Shown: one piece after another, positions 59,901 through 64,000 of the stretch
Position numbering within the stretch: position 1 is the stretch's first letter
How the letters are laid out: the number at the start of each line of letters is the position of its first letter
Origin: Candidatus Termititenax aidoneus
GTDB lineage: Bacteria > Margulisbacteria > Termititenacia > Termititenacales > Termititenacaceae
Assembly: GCA_003864455.1 (NCBI GenBank)
Contig: BGZN01000005.1
Coordinates: 9,280 to 73,279 of the forward strand
Direction of reading: 5' to 3'
DNA: 64,000 nucleotides
The notes under the pieces: model-generated
Seen by the model: only the letters and a program-made list of their open reading frames with translations
The model's database searches: none
Told to the model about the DNA's origin: nothing
Made by a program: the position numbers and the translations under genes

Positions 59901-62876
59901 CACATAAGATGTAGTATAAGACACATTTGAAGATGACGCTTCTGGAATTGAGCTGACAAATGTCGGCGGCGTGCGGTCGCTGATGTACAGCGGAGCGCTT
60001 TCCGGCGACAGGCCGGATTCCTCGTCTTCGACGCTGACCCAGCTGATCTTTGCCGCGATCGTCAGATCATCCGGCATGTCGTAAATAGTGTAACTGTTCA
60101 CATTAATATCGACTGTCGCGACTAGTTCGTCGTCAACATAGATGCGCCACTCTTTAGTCTCATTTGGCGCGGGTTGATCGAGCCAAATGGTTATTTGCTG
60201 ATGATCCATAGAATTGCGCTCAGTTTCATTGTCCCAGGTCAACCGCGGCGCGGCGGGCGGCGGCAATTCTGTTTTGAAGCTAAAAGCAACACTGGCGGTA
60301 TTGCCGGCATTGTCTGTAACATTAAAAGTAACAAAAACATGCTCATTGTAGCCAAAAGCATTGTCCGGAGTGAACTCATACAGATCATCGTTAAAAGTAC
60401 TCGTGCCGGTCAGAACGTTGATATTGTCCGTGGAAACTTCAATAGAAGCGTCCATTGTTCCCATATTGTTATTTGTTACATTAATGAGAATGGCGCTGTC
60501 GGGCGGCACGCGGGTTGCGCCGTTGGCCGGCAGATGATCCAAAATTTCCGGCGGCGTGCGATTGCCGATGCTCAGCGGAGCGCTCTCCGGCGACAGGCCG
60601 GATTCCTCGTCTTCGATGCTGATCCAGCTGATCTGCGCTGTGATCGTCAGATTATCCGGAATATCGTAAAAAGTGTGGCTGTCCGCGCTGATATTCACTG
60701 TCGCGGCAGGTTCGCCATTGATGTAAATACGCCAAAATTTAGTCTCATTTGGCACAGTTTGATTAAGCAGGACAGTGATCTGCTGATTGTCTGTAGTGTT
60801 GCGCTCGGTTTCATTGTCCCAGGTCAACTGCGGCGCGGCGGGCGGCGGTAATTCTGTTTTGAAACTAAAAGTAACGCTGGCGGTGTTACCGTCATTGTCC
60901 GTAACATTAAAAGTAACAAAAACATGTTCATTGTAATCAAAAGGCTTGTTTGGAGTAAACTGAAATATGTCAGTTGCGTTAAAAATATTCTGACCGTCTA
61001 GGGCATTGATATTGTCTGTGGAAATTTCCGCGAAAGCATTCATTCCTATATTGTTATTTGTTACATTAACGAGAATAACACTGTCGACCGGCACACGGGT
61101 GGCGTTATTGGCCGGCGTGTGGCCTAAAATTTGCGGCGGCGTGCGATTGCCGAGAGTTAAGCTGGCCTCCGGAGAGAAAGGCGAAGCGGCGCCGGTTAAT
61201 TCGTCGATCCAAAAAATACTGGCCGATATAGTTTGATTATCCGTAATATTGTTTAGCGTGCAAACTGCGTCAGCCGAGGGAATATCAGTTCTGATAATTT
61301 CACCGTTGAGAACCAAGCCCCAGTAGCCGATAAGCTCGTCCGATATTTCCGGCCTGCTTACTTCGATAATTTGATTTGTGGAAGTGTTGCGCTCGTCTGC
61401 ATTGAACCAATTCAAGTTCGGTATATTGGGCGTGGGCGGATTTTCTGTAGTGTAAGAAAAATTGACGCTGACTGTATTGCCGTGCCGGTCTGCCGCCGCG
61501 ATCTCTACATCCAGGGTAGCGCCGTAATGCTGTTTTTCCGGCAGATCAACAGTGATAGTGTCATCTGTAATACTAAAATTACCCTGCATATTTTCGCCGT
61601 TTATGGTTATGGACAGGCTGTCCCAATCCACACCGATATTTTTGTAATCTGCGGCGGCATTGTCGGTTACACTGAATTGAATATTGACGCTGACTGAATT
61701 GCTGGTTACGACGTCAAAGATCACCGGCGACGTGGTGTCGCGCACCGCGGCGTAAGCGTTGACCACACCATAGCCGTAGCGCGGGTCTTTGCCGGTCTGG
61801 GCGTCCACCTGATCGCCGTATTGAACGGCGGTTTTTTGTAAGATTTCCCGAATTTCATTGGCGCTTAAATACGGATACGTGCCTTTGACCAGCGCGGCCA
61901 CGCCGCTAACCACTGGCGTGGCGTAACTAGTGCCTTGGCCTACCATCGTATATTCGCTGTTTGGCGAGGTTGTCATCATATAAAAATAAGGCGCGGCCAG
62001 TTCCGTAGTCTTGTCGCCGCTGCCCACCAGCGAGCCGCCGCCGATAGCGTTGTTCTCACTGACGCCGGCCACGCCGATCACTTCCGGAAAACCGGCCGGT
62101 ATAGAAGTGATAGACTGCGGCAGTATTAAATGAACTGTGCCGTAGCTTCCTCCTAGGTTTGCGCCGACTTCCGTGTTGCCCATAGCGGCCACCAGCAGCA
62201 CGTTGTTGGTGGAGGCATACTGCACGGCATCATAGAGTTCATTTTCACTGACACTGGATTCAAAATAAGTCTTAGCTAGAGTTTCTATGATGATATCAGG
62301 CACAAATTTTAGTTGTGGTATGCCTGTTCTGATTTGCTCTATTAAATTTGCCTTGATTACCGGATTGCTGGATATATCCTCCCAGCTCGGCATGCCGAGA
62401 CTCAGATTAATAATATCCGCGCCATTATCCACCGCCCAGCGTATGCCGTCAGCTATTCTGGTACTGGCGGTTGTTGTGTCATCACGCAGCACTTTTACCG
62501 GAATTATTTCAGCGTTCCAGGCCACGCCGGTCGTGCCGATGCCGTTATTGCCCTTGGCCGCGGCGATGCCGGCCACTGCCGTGCCGTGATAGTAAATACT
62601 TGAACTGAACGGATCGGGATTGGCGGTATCGTCATTATCGACAAAATCCCAGCCGGGCAGCACGCTCAGATCGGGGTGATCGCTTTGCACGCCGCTGTCC
62701 ACCACGGCGATCTTCACTGTGTAAGTGCCGGTGCTCAATGCCCAGGCATAGTTAGCGCTGATTTGCCACAAGTAGTCTTGTTGCGGGTAGTACTCATCAT
62801 TCGGTAATACGGACGCGACAGCCGCTCCCGCCGCGGTCAGCAGTAAAAATAAAAGCAAAAAATATTTACGCAGCAT
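47931..62876 (-). CDS. giant (about 4,980 aa) secreted subtilisin-like (S8) protease / beta-helix and Ig-like repeat adhesin with T9SS-type C-terminal sorting domain
   Basis: The likely start is the ATG at 62876, giving a signal peptide (MLRKYFLLLFLLLTAAGAAVASV). An S8 domain (VAVVDSG...HGT...GTSYATPVVSGVAALV) is followed by about 225-aa repeated modules (FSFKTELPPPAAPQLTWDNETERN...) and many GGAIYN/NNTA parallel beta-helix-like repeats. The C-terminus (IYTISGRLLYKT...GVYIVLLT...KSKFAVLN) resembles a Por/T9SS tail. Confidence 0.8.
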   Translation of the reverse strand: MLRKYFLLLFLLLTAAGAAVASVLPNDEYYPQQDYLWQISANYAWALSTGTYTVKIAVVDSGVQSDHPDLSVLPGWDFVDNDDTANPDPFSSSIYYHGTAVAGIAAAKGNNGIGTTGVAWNAEIIPVKVLRDDTTTASTRIADGIRWAVDNGADIINLSLGMPSWEDISSNPVIKANLIEQIRTGIPQLKFVPDIIIETLAKTYFESSVSENELYDAVQYASTNNVLLVAAMGNTEVGANLGGSYGTVHLILPQSITSIPAGFPEVIGVAGVSENNAIGGGSLVGSGDKTTELAAPYFYMMTTSPNSEYTMVGQGTSYATPVVSGVAALVKGTYPYLSANEIREILQKTAVQYGDQVDAQTGKDPRYGYGVVNAYAAVRDTTSPVIFDVVTSNSVSVNIQFSVTDNAAADYKNIGVDWDSLSITINGENMQGNFSITDDTITVDLPEKQHYGATLDVEIAAADRHGNTVSVNFSYTTENPPTPNIPNLNWFNADERNTSTNQIIEVSRPEISDELIGYWGLVLNGEIIRTDIPSADAVCTLNNITDNQTISASIFWIDELTGAASPFSPEASLTLGNRTPPQILGHTPANNATRVPVDSVILVNVTNNNIGMNAFAEISTDNINALDGQNIFNATDIFQFTPNKPFDYNEHVFVTFNVTDNDGNTASVTFSFKTELPPPAAPQLTWDNETERNTTDNQQITVLLNQTVPNETKFWRIYINGEPAATVNISADSHTFYDIPDNLTITAQISWISIEDEESGLSPESAPLSIGNRTPPEILDHLPANGATRVPPDSAILINVTNNNMGTMDASIEVSTDNINVLTGTSTFNDDLYEFTPDNAFGYNEHVFVTFNVTDNAGNTASVAFSFKTELPPPAAPRLTWDNETERNSMDHQQITIWLDQPAPNETKEWRIYVDDELVATVDINVNSYTIYDMPDDLTIAAKISWVSVEDEESGLSPESAPLYISDRTPPTFVSSIPEASSSNVSYTTSYVAITVTDNHSGINAASYDVEISTDNINSIPHTLMTPFPNNIYLLLNNQFNYNDLVFVTLNFADNAGNTANAAFSFRVQLPQPAAPLLIWDNETERNTTDNQQITISLDQIVRPDIGITHWKIYKPGDMEAIATVDINIDHYVFTELPDNTSVSLQIAWVSDTIESEKSASMELYIGDRTPPEMRDVYPAQVLEIQAGVTPSFGLGFSDETGLTDNHSVLTIEAETQRLVNNAGQTAYGTPESLTGVVTINAGGGLEYILFILDNTSAIGTKISATINAFDTAGNSVVLTRSWLTTAELSMPEAPALTWVNSKNYNTTDNQIVLVHRPPTQNNAISEWNIKYRLGSNSDYSEITSISILTEHVEITVSDNQNVTAYVYWLLPGSDIMAWSPENSIQLADRTPPIIYSEPGNSSANIPITAPICLYFTDHSEIPDYKISLAVTINEQAVEGSYLESLSLYKSESDFSKTYQGRLVLGQNLQYDNTVNIQVAALDAAGNSATYNFSFSTLSDITPPTIYNIVTGNNINSKITFYAADTESQVNFDTLRVSVNEHSLNIVHQDNTAYVQVIPSPNPLYYGEAIFVTISVADYSGNTAVCTFSYTTEIPPTPGLIYNINWTNKDSRNTADDQRLKINRPATINNYLEEWELSVSGNGEIIYTRLYPAASENVEISVSDNQTIAVRLRWRDADTDVYSPYSPWSSALELADRTAPTLNMSTLTPQPGSVNVSITADISFELFDQDSPLSYISLYINDQYKYIAVRTDSNDYVYTNPAPFFNYKENLRITINAEDYAGNQLSVTYSFTTQADDTKPEIQIISPNNGDSDLDSPLTLNFTAQDFDSGLSLNLLEILLNGTPVNYTGSLSYIADGIQIKLLLDVSFNAEHYLTINVADKSGNTQNATLNFTTKKTAFHILESDSYYGSIQQAVSRAAPDQTLEIDPGEYTETGINITKNITISGNVTLNAQKQGNHFVISGAQVTLNRIHLLNGQSGNGGSIGLHNNSTLKIYDSVISGNRALSFGGAIYKENSNLELHNVQAYGNQANIGAFEAGDGYGTVLIKNSRFARHQVEDYGLFYNSGNLRASRSDFFYNQSVRSTGLFYRGKIELENCTVYGNTALGSGEPSVYSAAANDSAYLASFTAINSILWDNSAPMFAPNNQNTTIIHSNLPPDNSAANINCLSAAPSFADAANGDFHLTSADPGIDRGTNNVTLTDGKYYEYFDLGSYEYDGLFINGIQPAAGSQGNQANPILSFVIYNQSTGLTDITDIILTINITGNTKVYQREDLVIATINDTLQAELDLGYIGTSQTVNFSIAVKNSSGGEYSVPESEFYTRRASFKYLVFDPPTASVQIGYDLMLNVLALDDNRNTVAGQEISFNFKSANSGGASFEPVTALSGGNGYAQTKLKSGNNENVVLEIQAWSEGISSNVLTVTINPLLRIVKNIDLGQQYISLRAAFEDPSLADGHTLEISSNYALAEAGQKEAELNWPNKNNLTLKGNNVTTNFKIQIKSSSDLTATLDSLIFHGLSNPLRIENESGTVNIVNSIFSDNSGQAINASVKYLKIENSTFSNNQGNEGGALYYYNGLKVNIQRSHFHNNTSQYNGGALYLNSSSLQTVYIGQSSFSENSVLNGNGSALSLEAANANLLVENSLLVNNKSSALRLSNFSGATLNFNTIVGNATAFSFSSNKTLSLLNSIIWDNSTQLASGSGALYGVNTLAQTLLDGPDNLSADPQLDAAYRLISTDSPAFNKASANYALNTDYAGDSRPILGGYDLGALEFDPGGSVAYIDGKDYYANLQDALDAADNNDTIIVIASKITLSAPLSWPSKNITLKGLFQTNKIQGNRQTAMIVSTGNGDIQLADLTIVSFNNVINQQNTILNSITLNNLLILDNHAVNDAGENGALYGAVVNTSKAARITVLNTLVSGNSANKDGGLFYTQATNDLSPLQISNTVLDSTSATFGGVAVRVNAVLEYVTINNATATFAGGAFVESKVSAYWSIFSNGHSGLEGGVFLDCVEILAEHCLFKNNTAGLHGGVFSVYPSTNPARTPINIKHSVFHNNTGPNSTNPGNIAYRVQGSIDNSVFWANGDINKEDFSGSSVVINYSAGDKFTNNSGTNLKIDAPRFINPDANDYRVSYNSPLIDSGSPNAAVYIYDGLDIGIYEYDGTYLNEYQPTAGAQDISVNSPVTFRIRDHRQNIDPSTVVLLVNGVEYIQPTAQITISLNASAADLTDFYLTFTPSPSFRFSASINIVVNAASVKHAYQFRTLNPKEMYVSALNGDDANDGSAELPFQTIAKAMSIAGHDSEIFLLGETYAENILWNNNTNISLIGTTNTIVSGNIDIAQPVTVNLKNFVYRGEINNPGRLYIEALRSYNLERLIFNQPAAYARLQNSVLAGITQAVYNDYGARTEIIHSNLVNNLKIFDGSNGAAVVANSILDNSPFGAGTITAHHNLADSAPLFTDDTFTEIAFNSPAVDAADDSDSAWTVSRDMRGLARPEHHQPDIGAWESDKPNIILLQPAAADYNNVLVTNDFKISIIETPDKISTAQISLNLPVDNSLFTLQSTGYVLTTAPSLNYFDTAMTYNLIITAENASGNIAQLVVTLSTLAAPQDIYVDKDYTGHELGFADYPFRNIQNALNHALHKELSSITINLVNDYYDLAAEINLPENNSATVGIVIVSEQGATLDAQEKSRIFNFGKGYNITLQNLTLVKGRSVSGGAILNNAALVLNNLTLRDNNTSYSANEGGGAIFNNSLLTVDQTIFQNNSADGYSTNSGGGAIFNNGSTTLNKTIFIGNRLAKSGNGAGGAIYNKGVLYGADLTISGNSANNGGSICVSNGDLYLERSLFRGNTATQNGGAIYIINSKSNLINNIFDYNKAANNAGAIYYSSAQANNIYQSSFIRNTAANYYGAIYNINSIKPNIYNSLFIENTAAGKTAHVNTNANKPNLYNCYPADINTAGVSANLSAIDKYDYVPKATAKEIVDNENSRNTYWISDTDYKNKSRSEPYDIGALEYRPSILLPIDAGYYAENENGDMNEFTADSTVTIYREIDGQWLGALTLPSSNQIDYERADFRSLSLNANYLDTSAVASLNGKTYWLEMYSPDKYPFISADGKVLSDYYGNMTDNIYLTGNAVISPNLKGGYTLSAQALHIGKFELVHPAVLNLAPALIVKNFSQTSTINISVQDKYGTPLQEVPVTLSTDGAGSFGDNSANPASATSSIIFNHPPQEELSAVITGNYAELTVTISVRTINDKTAPTINLIEPLALTGVAITQNIVFLVTDNESEIATFNFILNDIDRTAELRASANNIYIYAGRLELNQPYTITINAANNVELVTAQVFVFQTKADTDPPAILAYPAPGQTRTPQDTPLSFNIQDLESGLSLNTLTLEVSGNVISAADYTIDASDIYNAQIIYTPPDFFELGSTVSVTINIEDNLGHQRELAYNFVVITDFRPPTVNTFTITQGNPNTDNAVINIFVEDNYSDLDPDSISISINNPLATMQVLSITTANKQLTAELLLTNIGYNKNLQITLNIADVFGNTANSTQHFLTAPDLSMPSIQPVEPVNNNYSVSIDSRIIVDLIDTMSGVNPIYTILQINNETRYFIDLSGSLTPSSDGKSYQLNYQPPELEYDTEYRVTVTARDNNNYNGSSGNISVLAYVFRTIPDTFPPATPDISPLGYTDTSRALIRITGNKEIKSEILVYVNGELEMIDRDSYSQTTFALTLNFSDRSSGNIDIIIVAQDQAKNTATANAVTFNFVDFYQEGNSPNVSVLALAGTFDDDETVTLNDVTYSNYYPNANETLWISSVWELNFSGAANKGIEVTIPLTPDAASYNNLAVYYFDAQEYKWKMFTGNAAQLAANGAVSFTTNKPGMYTLGSALNRNATIVENYNVIIAPNPVKLTDGPLHFVYRAPNNCSAELRIYTISGRLLYKTTKDLPATNDFPAEFIWSGENDFNDQIGNGVYIVLLTLTDQVTGEKHIIKSKFAVLN
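59400..61400. repeat. large in-frame tandem repeats (about 675-bp unit, at least 2.5 copies) inside the giant gene
   Basis: Near-identical blocks run around 59560-60230 and 60230-60900. One example is cattgtcccaggtcaaSYgcggcgcggcgggcggcggYaattctgttttgaaRctaaaag... Confidence 0.7.
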
Positions 62877-63173
62877 CGCTTGAAACTCTCCCTCGTCTAA
62901 ATTCATACCCATTTTCCGGTAAAATATACCTGACGCCCCTGCGTCAGGTACTTCCGCGCGCGCATTGTGAGACGCGCGCGGTCGTACCATAATAGTAGTA
63001 TTTATTTTTGCCGCCCCTGCGATCCGGTCGCTGAGCCTGGGACGGTGAGCTTGTATCCTGCGGATACGCTGGCGAACCGTCGAAGCGTCGGTCGTATCAT
63101 GCTGATTTTTATATCGACATATATGGTAGATATATGTATTGATTTTTTCTGGGGCTTATTTGTAATTAGCCTC

Positions 63174-63202
63174 TTGCGCAAAAAAAACTACTATGATAAT
63201 AT
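63174..63202 (+). promoter_or_regulatory. sigma70-like promoter (TTGCGC-17 bp-TAATAT) upstream of the tRNA-Ile/tRNA-Ala unit
   Basis: The motif was seen directly in the sequence, about 90 nt upstream of tRNA-Ile. Confidence 0.35.
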
Positions 63203-63290
63203 GCGCTCCCTTTTGCGTGATTTTTTGGTCATGCAGGCGGAATTATGGCTTTATGCCTGAGAACATTTGCATAAAACGAAACCTGAATTT

Positions 63291-63364
<74 letters not shown>

Positions 63365-63417
63365 CTCGAGCTTAACAAGCGTGCGCAGCACGCGCCGTTA
63401 AGCGAGAGCCACAAGCG

Positions 63418-63690
63418 GCGTAGCCGCGAAGTGACAAGGGCCAGAAAACAACAAGTGATGTAAAGACAGTCACTTGTGAAGTTCGACGCGAACTTAACAA
63501 GCGAGCGCAGCGAGTGAGGTTAAGTGAGAGCCAGCCGTCGGCTCGGTCAGCCGACGACACTTCTGCGGCGACTTGAGGTCGCTCGCAGTCGCAAGGAGGC
63601 GTAGCCGCGAAGTGACAAGGGCCAGAAAACAACAAGTGATGTAAAGACAGTCACTTGCGAAGTTCGACGCGAACTTAACAAGCGAGCATT
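63418..63690. repeat. two copies of a roughly 90-bp element (gcgtagccgcgaagtgacaagggccagaaaacaacaagtgatgtaaagacagtcacttgYgaagttcgacgcgaacttaacaagcgagc) between tRNA-Ile and tRNA-Ala
   Basis: The copies at about 63418-63510 and 63599-63690 are nearly identical. A third partial copy follows tRNA-Ala at about 63930-64000. The unit contains a CAAGTGA-N11-TCACTTG hairpin. Confidence 0.75.
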
Positions 63691-63737
63691 GTCGTGTTGG
63701 TGGCGCTCAATTAACAAAACGAACGCGAAGATTACCT

Positions 63738-63810
63738 GGGGGCGTAGCTCAGTTGGTAGAGCGCCTGCTTTGCAAGCAGGATGTCGTGGGTTCGATTCCT
63801 GTCGCCTCCA
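63738..63810 (+). tRNA. tRNA-Ala (anticodon UGC) with G3:U70, CCA not encoded
   Basis: The acceptor stem GGGGGCG/CGCCTCC includes a G:U at position 3:70. The anticodon loop is CTTTGCA and the T-loop is GGTTCGATTCC. Confidence 0.85.
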
Positions 63811-64000
63811 CTCGAGCTTCACAAGCGAGCATGTGCGAGCGACGTGAAGCGAGAGCCACAAGGCCGCGTAGCGGCCGAAGTGACAAGTTTGCGACACGAA
63901 AGCCACTTGCGTTAACGACGAGAGCCACAAGCACGCGAAGCGTGCGAAGTGACAAGGGACAGAAAACAACAAGTGATATAAAGACAGTCACTTGCAAAGC

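Noticed and set aside
48180-62589. Numerous 60-270-aa plus-strand ORFs within the giant gene region
   Set aside because: All are embedded antisense to one continuous roughly 15-kb minus-strand ORF with clear domain content. None has independent support.
62967-63260. 97-aa plus-strand ORF between the giant gene start and tRNA-Ile
   Set aside because: It spans the promoter and leader region of the minus-strand giant gene and the putative tRNA promoter. It is AT-rich and low-complexity with no RBS.
63365-64000. Possible CRISPR array around the tRNA-Ile/Ala repeats
   Set aside because: The repeats are about 90 bp, not identical, irregularly spaced and interleaved with tRNA genes. There is no cas gene context. 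It fits a REP/MITE-like family rather than CRISPR.

Overview
This 64 kb window is mostly conserved chromosomal housekeeping genes, on both strands: lepA, hemW, ruvB, hisB, ftsH, fabI, nth, recG, rsmD, coaD, rph, glnN (type III), uppP, rnfECD, purQ, aspartate aminotransferase, and tRNA-Lys/Ile/Ala. Several signs point to a diderm (outer-membrane-bearing) organism: OMP-like C-terminal Phe barrels, a TPR/Slt lytic transglycosylase, and a T9SS-type sorting tail. The organism is probably uncultivated. Several accessory loci stand out. (1) At 1.5-8.1 kb an XRE repressor with paired palindromic operators flanks a near-consensus sigma70 promoter. That promoter drives a 668-aa protein carrying about 125 cysteines in strict 4-residue (CxxxCGxx) periodicity, organised in 32-aa super-repeats. 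Downstream are a small ORF, an AnSME-like radical SAM/SPASM enzyme (CX3CX2C plus CX2CX5CX3C), a Zn-ribbon-like small protein and a second radical SAM enzyme. This looks like an undescribed protein-scale Cys-rich radical-SAM maturation system. (2) An MntA/HepT toxin-antitoxin cassette is inserted into the 3' end of lepA, with a 33-bp target duplication. (3) Two paralogous tandem-repeat proteins share a conserved 5' leader and first 25 residues but have unrelated repeat bodies. (4) A roughly 4,980-aa S8-protease/beta-helix/Ig-repeat giant protein carries a T9SS-type C-terminal sorting domain and large internal tandem repeats. (5) A dispersed REP/MITE-like repeat family clusters around the tRNA genes and the radical SAM genes. 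No CRISPR array, rRNA or obvious transposase was seen.
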